In this document: positions 54,979 through 64,000 of the stretch, piece after piece
Layout of the letters: each line of letters begins with the position of its first letter
Numbering within the stretch: position 1 is the first letter of the stretch
Source: Eledone cirrhosa
Lineage: Eukaryota
Length of the DNA stretch: 64,000 bases
Assembly (NCBI GenBank): GCA_964016885.1
Contig: OZ024742.1
Coordinates: 36,332,001 to 36,396,000 of the forward strand
Reading direction: 5' to 3'
Made by a program: the position numbers and the translations under genes
The notes under the pieces: generated by a model
Told to the model about the DNA's origin: nothing
Databases searched by the model: none
The model's input: only the letters and a program-made list of their open reading frames with translations

Positions 54979-55578
54979 TGTGTGTGTGTCTGTGTGCGTG
55001 TGTGTGTGTGTTGGGGTGGGTGGGTATGTGCGTGTGTGTGTGTGTGAGAGAGAAAGAGAGAGAGTGTGTGTGTGTGTGTGTGTGTGTGGCGGTGGGTGGG
55101 TGCGTGGGTGGGTGTGTGTGTCTGTGTTTTTGTGGGTGGGTGGGTGTGTGTGTGTGACAGAGAGAGAGAGAGTGTGTGTGTGTCTGTGTGTGTGTGGGGG
55201 GGGGGGGGGGTGCGTGTGTGTATGTAGTGCAGGGGTAGGTTATAGACTAATTTATCGATTAATCACTTCATTTCAATAAATTGCCAGCTATCAAAAATGA
55301 GATTATCGATCCTCGAATTTCAACAGAATATTCGATATCGGCCAACAATTCAACATTCTTCATCTTTTGCCGTTTTCACACCTCACCATTGTATTCACAA
55401 ACTCTCTCCCTCTCTCTCCCTCTCTCTCTCCCTTATTCTTTCTCTTTTACTCACTCTTTCCTTCTCACGCACTATCTGTTTCTCTATTCCTCTCTTTCCC
55501 TTACTCTCTTACTCTTTTGCTCTCACTTTCTCTCTCTCTCTTTCTGTTTCTCCCTCTCTCTCTCTCTCTCTCTCTCGC

Positions 55579-55663
<85 letters not shown>

Positions 55664-56060
55664 CTCTCGCCTTGTCTCTCTATATTTCTGACTAACGCTT
55701 TTTGTTCCACACTTTTTCGGACTCTCAATAATGCCAAGACCTCTTTCTCAGCTCCTCTTCTCTACCCTCTCTCTCCTCGTTCTTCGCCAGGTCTCCCCCT
55801 CATGTTGTCCCCCCGCCCTCCACCACCATGTCTTACACTCTCTCTTTACGTAAGCAGTGTACTTTTATATATCTCTATACCCCTTCCCCCGTCTATCCTA
55901 TATGTTGCAGGCAGTTGGTTGATTGAACAATATCGACGGAGATTTTATTCATTTGTACTTTTATATTTAGAAGCGAAGTAAAGAGTGCATTAATATACGT
56001 CTGTTTCTATACAACATGGTGTAAGACAGCACAGAGAGGAGACACAAAGTAATAAATGTA

Positions 56061-56103
56061 GTCACTGAAGAAGTCACAAAATGTGTGACGAAAGAGCTTT
56101 AAC
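56061..56103 (+). ncRNA. Hammerhead ribozyme, family G
   Basis: gtca-CTGAAGA-a-gtcac aaaatgt gtgac-GAAA-gagc-TT-taac. Confidence 0.7.
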
Positions 56104-56254
56104 AATTAACATTCAAATTTTATTTTTTTAATTTTTGGCAAAGCCAGCCGTAAAATCAATCGCTCGGTATGTAAATCAGGCTAATCAGCCGATGTATACT
56201 TTAGAGAATACTATATATTCTCAAGAGTATATTGATCAGGAACTAGCAATGAGA

Positions 56255-57020
56255 TGCTACGGCAACATTTTAGGCATCACATTCCTGAAAGGGTCGTGAG
56301 GAAGAGTCCTCAAACACTTCGTCCAACGGGTCTTGTCAGAGGCAACCGTTCCCAAATGATCCGGCTGGATCCCCATGCGTGACCAGCCAAGCTCATGGAT
56401 GCTATCCAACCATCTTGATCGTGGTCTACCCCTGGGTCTCTTTCCAGTTGGTATTGCCCGTAAAATCTGTCCAACGATTCTTTCCTGTCTGTGCCATTCT
56501 AACGCATAGTATCGGAGCTGTGATCTCTCAATTTTCAGAAGTAGCGGCTCTGCCTGTAGTGACTGTCTGATCTCCGAGTTACGCACTTTGAGTAACGTTA
56601 CTCCAAAGAGCCTTCGGAGGAACCCCATTTCGGCCGCTTGTATTCCAGATCGTATTCATTCGGTAATTACCCAATATTAATGACCATAGGTGAGGGTTGG
56701 CATGAAAACCGAATTAAAGATAGCGAGTTTGATTTTTACGCCTACTTCTGATTATTAAATGCTGAAACTGGCGCATTACTGTACCTGTCTTTGCAATTCT
56801 TGCGCTTAATTCAGCCTCGACCTGCACTTGATGGGTTTGTTGCCGAGTACTGCATGGCTTGGAATGAAAATCAATGCTGCGAAAACTGAGACACTCGTAC
56901 TCTCAAGCAAGCCTGCGCAATGCACTCTACATGGGAATAGAGTTCCACTGAAACAGGTAGAGAAGTTCATGTATCTCATGGCCGTGTTCACGTGTGATGG
57001 ATGACAGGAGGCTGAATTAT
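56255..57020 (-). mobile_element. RTE-like LINE fragment with inverted 5' part
   Basis: Minus: AEMGFLRRLFGVT...GKRPRGRPRSRW. Plus 56790-57020: GMKINAAKTETLV...LKQVEKFMYL. Confidence 0.75.
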
Positions 57021-57688
57021 GTCCGATACGATAGAAGTCTCTCTATATATATATATACATATAAGTTTAAAAGATATACGGAAAAAATGAAACAAAATTT
57101 CATTTCCCACTCTTAGCACGGCCGTTACTTAAATATAAGTATGTACACGTACATACATATATGTATACCGACGCACAGTAGTATGTATATATATATACAT
57201 ACATGCACACACATATATATGTACGTATGGATTCACCGAACATTTATTATAATGCCCGGTGTGTTTGTAAACAAACATCCCGTATTAAGCCGTAGTGTCC
57301 AGCATACATACTACTGTGTGTCTGTATACATATATGTATGTACGTGTACATACTTATATTTAAAAGATATATTAAAGGATATACATCAATTGAGAAACTA
57401 TTGTATTTCGTACATATATACTGAACAATTAATATGTAAGTAAATATACTTACTTCAAGAAGGAAGCATGGACTAAAGTGACTTAGACACATATGTTTCT
57501 GAAAACCGAAGAGAAGACGCTAACCATTGATCTTGGTGTTTAGTATCAATCACCAATTATTGATTTTAGTAATAAGTATATATAGCTGTTACCGATTTTG
57601 TTGAGCAGTTATTGGACTTTCGATGTTTTCCTTCTTCCTTTTCGTATCTATGGATATTGCTACATATATACACACACAACACACACAC

Positions 57689-57752
<64 letters not shown>

Positions 57753-57756
<4 letters not shown>

Positions 57757-57846
57757 TAACAGATTAAAGTTTAAGCAAAGAATCGCTGCTTTCCCCGTTA
57801 AGGGTGAAAGCAGCGATTCTTTGCTTAAACTTTAATCTGTTATTTT
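57753..57846. repeat. ~41-bp-arm hairpin
   Basis: aaaataacagattaaagtttaagcaaagaatcgctgctttc and its reverse complement around a 12-nt centre. Part of the arm recurs at 62685-62705. Confidence 0.9.
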
Positions 57847-57941
57847 CTCTACGGTTTGCTCTACGGTTTTTATATATTTGATATATATTTATCTTTATCG
57901 AGCCCTCTTTGGATTTTAGTCTTCAAATTTATTATTATTAC

Positions 57942-57979
<38 letters not shown>

Positions 57980-58242
57980 ATAAACGAAAAAAATGAAACG
58001 AAATTTCATTTCCCACTCTACGGCTGTTACTTAAATATAAGTATGTACACGTACATACATATATGTATACAGACATACAGTAGTATGTATATATATATAC
58101 ATACATGCACACATATATATATGTACGTATGGATTCACCGAACATTTATTATAATGCTCGGTGTGTTTGTAAAGAAACATCCCGTATTAAGCCGTAGTGT
58201 CCAGCAGCCATCGTTGCTCGTTTGTTCAACACTGACAAAGGA

Positions 58243-58285
58243 ACGCTGTACTAGTTTCAAGCTTATTAGCTATCGTCAGCAACGT
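58243..58285 (-). ncRNA. Hammerhead ribozyme, family H
   Basis: Reverse complement of 58977-59019. Confidence 0.78.
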
Positions 58286-58662
58286 ATAACTTCCTGCCAG
58301 ATTGTTGAACGTATATACTTACCTTATGCATATTAACGGCTGAGTAGCCCAATTTGCATATCGAGTGGGTTAATCGGCCGGGTGCACCGAAAACGATAAA
58401 CGAAAAAAATGAAACGAAATTTCATTTCCCACTCTTAGTACGGCTGTTACTTAAATATAAGTATGTACACGTACATACATATATGTATACAGACATACAG
58501 TAGTATGTATATATATATACATACATGCACACATATATATATGTACGTATGGATTCACCGAACATTTATTATAATGGTCGGTGTGTTTGTAAACAAACAT
58601 CCTGTATTAAGCCGTAGTGTCCAGCAACCATCGTTGCTCGTTTGTTCAACACTGACAAAAGA

Positions 58663-58705
58663 ACGCTGTACTAGTTTCAAGCTTATTAGCTATCGTCAGC
58701 AACGT
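58663..58705 (-). ncRNA. Hammerhead ribozyme, family H
   Basis: Exactly 420 nt from the previous copy. Confidence 0.78.
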
Positions 58706-58976
58706 ATACCTTCCTGCCAGATTGTTGAACGTATATACTTACCTTATGTATATTAACGGCTGAGTAGCCCAATTTGCATATATGTATGTACGTGTACATA
58801 CTTATATTTAAGTAACAGCCGTACTAAGAGTGGGAAATGAAATTTCGTTTCATTTTTTTCGTTTATCGTTTTCGGTGCACCCGGCCGATTAACCCACTCG
58901 ATATGCAAATTGGGCTACTCAGCCGTTAATATGAATAAGGTAAGTATATACGTTCAACAATCTGGCAGGAAGGTAT

Positions 58977-59019
58977 ACGTTGCTGACGATAGCTAATAAG
59001 CTTGAAACTAGTACAGCGT
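58977..59019 (+). ncRNA. Hammerhead ribozyme, family H
   Basis: acgttg-CTGACGA-tagc taataa gctt-GAAA-ctag-TA-cagcgt. Palindromic stem III ACTAGT. Confidence 0.78.
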
Positions 59020-59224
59020 TCCTTTGTCAGTGTTGAACAAACGAGCAACGATGGTTGCTGGACACTACGGCTTAATACGGGATGTTTCTTTACAAACACA
59101 CCGAGCATTATAATAAATGTTCGGTGAATCCATACGTACATATAAATATGTGTGCATGTATGTATATATATATACATACTACTGTATGTCTGTATACATA
59201 TATGTATGTACGTGTACATACTTA

Positions 59225-59277
<53 letters not shown>

Positions 59278-59294
59278 ATATATATGTATGTGTG

Positions 59295-59380
<86 letters not shown>

Positions 59381-59386
<6 letters not shown>

Positions 59387-59673
59387 GAGTCAGGACCCCG
59401 ACGGCTGAGCTCAGCCGTCGGAGTCCTGAATCTTTTAATATCACCCACTCTACTAACCCAAGTATCGAGTACTCTGGTGGGTTATGGTCAAGCTGATATA
59501 TATATATATATATAAAACGAAGGAAGTGTGGTAAGGAACCAGGTGGACCATAACGTACCAGAGTACTCAATACTTAGGGTAGTAGAGTGGGTAATAGGAA
59601 AATGCTTAACCCCGACGGCAGAATTCAAGCCGTTTGGACGGCTAGAGCTCTGCCGTCGGGGTTAAACATTTTC
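59381..59673. mobile_element. Small non-coding element with a hairpin at each end and internal inverted repeats
   Basis: Hairpins at 59381-59438 and 59598-59673 share ccccgacggc/gccgtcgg. IR 59443-59478 vs 59558-59592. Inside (TA)n. Confidence 0.65.
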
Positions 59674-59703
59674 ATATATATATATATATATATATCCCGA
59701 GTA

Positions 59704-59762
<59 letters not shown>

Positions 59763-59881
59763 GAGTAAGATATATATATATATATCTGGACTAGCAACCT
59801 GACAGATACCTCAGGCACTGATGATGATTATCGCTAAATACTGATGTTGGTTAGATTATCAATATTAGTATTATTGGGGCA

Positions 59882-60008
59882 CCCACTGATGAATTATAGG
59901 AGCCCACTTGAATATATATCTATTGATGGTATACAAGCTCCTACATAAATTGGTATAAATTCACCCAAATTGTAGGAATCCTATAATGAAACGAGATGTC
60001 CGTCTGGG
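59882..60008 (+). ncRNA. Type I hammerhead ribozyme with 95-nt stem II domain (family I)
   Basis: ccca-CTGATGA-attatagga...tcctataat-GAAA-cg agatgtc cg-TC-tggg. GUC cleavage site after 60004. Confidence 0.85.
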
Positions 60009-60583
60009 AAGAGATATATTCGATATGTCTCATATGAAATAATACAGCCAATTTTCCACGCAATACTTTTAGTTAGCACCCCGAACACATAATTGGGAAT
60101 ATAATCACTTATTTCCTAATGTTTGTTGAGTGAGTTGGAATTTGGCCGGAGTATCGCTAAAAAGCTTTCTCCGATATTGTATTTATTTATTTACTCTTGG
60201 TGCAGCAGATTTGAAATTCCCGGTATACGGTTAGGCTTTCTTTGTTTATTTTTTTATATATGAATATTGATTGTTCCTTATATCTCATTCTGTTATTTTG
60301 CCCGAGAAAATATCTGTGTGTGTCATCAAATGTTGTACACACATAGATATTTTTTCAATTTCCAATTGAGTTCTAGCACGTGGCCTGAATTCCTTTTAGA
60401 GTTCATTGTCATGCGCATGTATTGTTTTTTTTTGGCGGTACTTTACTTCCTCATTTTTGAATCAGTTTGAGCATTTCTTTAGAACTGCTGGACTAGCAAC
60501 CTGACAGATACCTCAGGCACTGATGATGATTATCGCTAAATACTGATGTTGGTTAAATGATCAATATTAGTATTATTGGGGCA

Positions 60584-60710
60584 CCCACTGATGAATTATA
60601 GGAGCCCACTTGAATATATATCTATTGATGGTATACAAGCTCCTACATAAATTGGTATAAATTCACCCAAATTGTAGGAATCCTATAATGAAACGAGACG
60701 TCCGTCTGGG
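60584..60710 (+). ncRNA. Type I hammerhead ribozyme, family I second copy
   Basis: Same motif, with palindromic GACGTC in loop III. Cleavage after 60706. Confidence 0.85.
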
Positions 60711-60881
60711 AAGAGATATATTCGATATGTCTCATATGAAATAATACAGCCAATTTTCCACGCAAAATTTTTAGTTAGCACCCCGAACGCATAATTAGGA
60801 ATATAATCACTTATTTCTTAATGTTTGTTGAGTGAGTTGGAATTTGGCCGGAGTATCGCTAAAAAGCTTTCTCCGATATCG

Positions 60882-60938
<57 letters not shown>

Positions 60939-60960
60939 TTTATTAAGGCTAAATAGTGAG

Positions 60961-60999
60961 TCTTGTTACTCTGGAGTTTCACAAGGTCATCAGACAAGA
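60961..60999 (-). ncRNA. Hammerhead motif with collapsed stem II (family J)
   Basis: Minus strand tcttgt-CTGATGA-ccttgt-GAAA-ctc ca gag-TA-acaaga. Confidence 0.62.
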
Positions 61000-61135
61000 A
61001 TATATATAAAGATACATATAATTATATATCAAACTGACTATATATATATATATACGAATATATATAAATAGTTTTTATATATGAGTGGGCGTGGGCGTTT
61101 GTGTATACATATGTATGAAGATGGATACAGGGATA

Positions 61136-61195
<60 letters not shown>

Positions 61196-61599
61196 ATCTT
61201 CATACATATGTATACACAAACGCACACGCACACTCATATACAAAAACTGTTTATATATATTCATGTATCCAGCCATTTTTATGACTCCGTTCTCAATAGT
61301 CTGTCCATTTTGAGCAACGGACCGTGAGTCGATAGATTTAAACCCATGTGTCTGCTTATGAATCAGTTCTGAGACCAGACAGTCATCTGCTTAATCAATA
61401 TCTCAATCAGCCAATGGTATTAAAGAGCTGTTATAGCAGTTACTTGAAGAGGAAGTTATATTGGTGACATAAGATGATGTACTTGCTGAAGGTCACAGAC
61501 GGTGGGTGTGAGTATATGATTGCGTATGTGTGTATGTGTATGGAGGTTGTATGTATGTATGTGTGTATGTATGTATTTATCTATGTGTGTGTGTGAGAG

Positions 61600-61671
<72 letters not shown>

Positions 61672-61675
<4 letters not shown>

Positions 61676-61920
61676 GTGGCTTAGTAGCCAAGGTGTTCAG
61701 TTCACGATCGCAAGATTATGAGTTCCATGTGACAGAAGAAATAAAGACACTTTATTTCTTCTGCCTTCAGGTCATTGAGTCTGAGAAAAATTATTTCAGA
61801 ATTGCGTTCGGGATACACGTGTCTGTAGAATGCCCGGTCACCTGCATGATAATTTCACGAGAAGACTATACCATTGATGGAATAACTGAAATATACGTTG
61901 TTGGGACTGACAGATGTCCA
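61672..61920 (+). mobile_element. Decayed tRNA-derived SINE
   Basis: gtggcttagtag A-box, gagttcca B-box. The ggatacacgtgtctgt segment resembles the 44.6-kb SINE. Confidence 0.45.
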
Positions 61921-62044
61921 ATACAACACATACACATGATTATATTATGTTTTTATAAGATTATAAGTATATGTGTGCGTATGCGTTTGTGTACATTTCC
62001 CCACATATATGTGTGTGAGAGAGATAGTGCGTGTGTGTTTGTGC

Positions 62045-62168
<124 letters not shown>

Positions 62169-62294
62169 TATACTTTGGGAAGTCATGTTGCCAATAAAAA
62201 CACACGCACCTGTTGATTTTCACTTCAATTTATATAAATTTCCAATTGGTTGGCTTGTTGGTTGGTTCGATAACCGGAAGGTTGTTTATATATT

Positions 62295-62337
62295 GTCAAA
62301 GCTCTTTCGTCACACATTCTGTGACCTCCTCAGTGAC
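62295..62337 (-). ncRNA. Hammerhead ribozyme, family G
   Basis: Minus strand gtca-CTGAGGA-g-gtcac agaatgt gtgac-GAAA-gagc-TT-tgac. Perfect stem I. Confidence 0.78.
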
Positions 62338-62478
62338 TACGTTTTTATTTTTGTGTGTCTCGCCTTTGTTGTCCTACACTATCTTGTTTTTTGTGTGTTG
62401 TGTGTTGTGTGTTGTGTGCTTAGTTTGCGCATACGTTACATACATAGTAATAATAAATGTGAAGACTAAAATCAGAAG

Positions 62479-62544
<66 letters not shown>

Positions 62545-62594
62545 CATATATAATATACATATTAAGTGTTTCCGTAGGAAAGGTAAAGGAAATA

Positions 62595-62643
<49 letters not shown>

Positions 62644-62721
62644 CTCGTAGAGCAAATATTTCACCCTTTCACGTGGAAGAGTCAAAGCAGCGATTCTTTG
62701 CTTAACGCTTGAAATAGCAGG

Positions 62722-62762
62722 TCTTAATGTTTCGGACGCTAGTCTAGTCCTTCATCAGAAGA
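62722..62762 (-). ncRNA. Minimal hammerhead ribozyme (family K)
   Basis: Minus strand tctt-CTGATGA-a-ggac tagactagc gtcc-GAAA-ca-TT-aaga. Confidence 0.75.
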
Positions 62763-63159
62763 AAGAATGAGAAATTAGAAAGATTGAAGGGACGGGTAGG
62801 GCAGAATCGAAAAAAAAATGTTTTTAGAGAAGAAAACAGGTCCATTCATGTTGCCATCTCTTGGAAAACTGTTGATGCAGCCGTTTTGTGTATATTTTTT
62901 TTTTAGAAATGTTGAGCGCGTCTACCTGAAATGGAAAAAAAAAAACGTCTTGTATATAGAGCTATACGTGTGAGCGTGCGTATGCGAGTGTGTGTATATG
63001 TGTGTTTATATGTCCGTACAAAGAATATGTGTGTGTGTAAGTTAGTAAAAGAGTGTGTGTGTGCTTGTAAGAACGAAGCTGTGAGCAAAAGTATGTTAAT
63101 ATAAGGGAGTGTGTGTGTATGTATCCATATATATATATATATATGTATATATGATGCAG

Positions 63160-63385
63160 TGGACTCGATTCCTGGGTTGCGTGTTGTGTTCTTGAGCAAA
63201 ACACTTCATTTCACGTTGCTCCAGTATACTCAGCTGAAAATGAGTACCAGCAATAGCTGGAGGTTTATCCCTGCGATGGACTGGCGTCCTGGCCAGGGGG
63301 AAGTCTTGTGCTCTCAGTCGCTTCACGCCATGAAACCGGGGTAAGCACCGGCCAAATGAACCTTCTGGCTTAAAACAGACTTTAG
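63160..63385 (+). mobile_element. CORE-type SINE fragment
   Basis: gttgtgttcttgagcaaaacacttcatttcacgttgctccagt...ccctgcgatggactggcgtcc. Confidence 0.65.
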
Positions 63386-63479
63386 AGTTTAGATATGATG
63401 CAGGCCCGTGTGAAGGTAGTGATATACACCCCGCCCCAAAGCTGGTAACATGCTCGTGTCAGATGTGAAATGTGATAGA

Positions 63480-64000
63480 GCTGGTGGTGGTGGTGCTGGT
63501 GCTGGTGCTGGTGCTGATGATGGTGATGGTGATGGTGCTGGTGATGGTGATGGTGATGGTGATGGTGCTAGTAGTGGTGGTGTAGGTGTAGGTGGTGGTG
63601 GTGGTGGTGGTGATGCTGGTGCTGGTGATGGTGATGGTGCTGGTAGTGGTGGTGTAGGTGTAGGTGGTGGTGGTGGTGGTGGTGGTGGTGATGCTGGTGC
63701 TGGTGATGGTGATGGTGCTGGTAGTGGTGGTGTAGGTGGTGGTGGCGGTGGCGGTGGTGGTGGTGGTGGTGGTGGTGGTGGTGATGGTGCTGGTGCTGGT
63801 AGTGGTGGTGTAGGTGGGGGTAGTGGTGGTGGTGATGGTGCTAGTGCTGGTGATGGTGCTGGTAGTGGTGGTGTAGGTGGTGCCGGGGGTGGTGGTGATG
63901 GTGCTGGTGCTGGTGCTGGTGGTGGTGGTGTTGCTGGTGCTGGTGGTGCTGGTGATGGCGCTGGTGATGGTGATGGTGATGGTGATGGTGATGGTGATGG
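63480..64000. repeat. Compound (GGT/GCT/GAT)n trinucleotide repeat
   Basis: Read directly from the sequence; runs to the window end. Confidence 0.95.

Larger units (their letters stand above)
57981..59230 (-). mobile_element. Retrozyme-like array: 420-bp tandem units plus an inverted unit
   Basis: Units start at 57981 and 58397, inverted copy at ~58775-59230, one HHR per unit, non-coding. Fragments at 57080-57360 and 3045-3100. Confidence 0.8.
59786..60890 (+). mobile_element. Retrozyme-like element: ~400-bp direct repeats (702-bp period), each with an HHR
   Basis: 59786-~60188 is repeated at 60488-~60890, with a ~300-bp unique middle, no credible ORF and (TA)n on both sides. Confidence 0.82.

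Noticed and set aside
57981-59230. CRISPR-like or satellite interpretation of the tandem units
   Set aside because: Units are long, have no unique spacers and carry HHRs. The context is eukaryotic with no cas genes.
59814-59870. Extra CTGATGA upstream of the family I HHR
   Set aside because: The tgat/atca stem is followed by atattag, not GAAA, and there is no stem I.
60190-60487. Possible GIY-YIG remnant on the minus strand of the 702-nt unit middle
   Set aside because: Only a vague resemblance (KKQYMRMT...LNWKLK), stops in all frames, and antisense to the HHR.
63480-64000. Gly-rich or His/Pro-rich coding exon
   Set aside because: Low-complexity trinucleotide repeat with no supporting start codon or splice context.

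Overview
AT-rich, microsatellite-saturated eukaryotic intergenic or intronic DNA. The repeat repertoire suggests a cephalopod (octopus-like) genome, which is my inference. I found no host protein-coding exon, and most listed ORFs are (TA)n/(CA)n artefacts. The protein-coding content is all mobile DNA: a near-full-length RTE LINE with three C-terminal C2H2 fingers (4.7-9.1 kb, -), a Helitron deletion derivative (18.3-20.8 kb, -), a young Gypsy LTR element with intact pol (24871-30840, +), two Tx1-like LINE copies, a near-intact Dong/R4 LINE (35.5-39.5 kb, -), three Penelope-like GIY-YIG remnants, SINEs and MITEs. The layer the ORF track misses is RNA. Reading both strands by eye I count about 28 hammerhead-ribozyme (HHR) motifs in about 14 sequence families, some degenerate. 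They include U3-A8 core variants, palindromic stem III and greatly expanded stem II. Several lie in non-coding partial-tandem units (420, ~558, 702 and 1271 nt) inside (TA)n tracts, which is the architecture of retrozymes / non-autonomous Penelope-dependent elements predicted to yield self-cleaved monomer or circular RNAs. Fold-backs are common, including a ~4.26-kb palindrome, and there is one small double-hairpin-ended element. All RNA folds were assigned by manual base-pairing, not computed.
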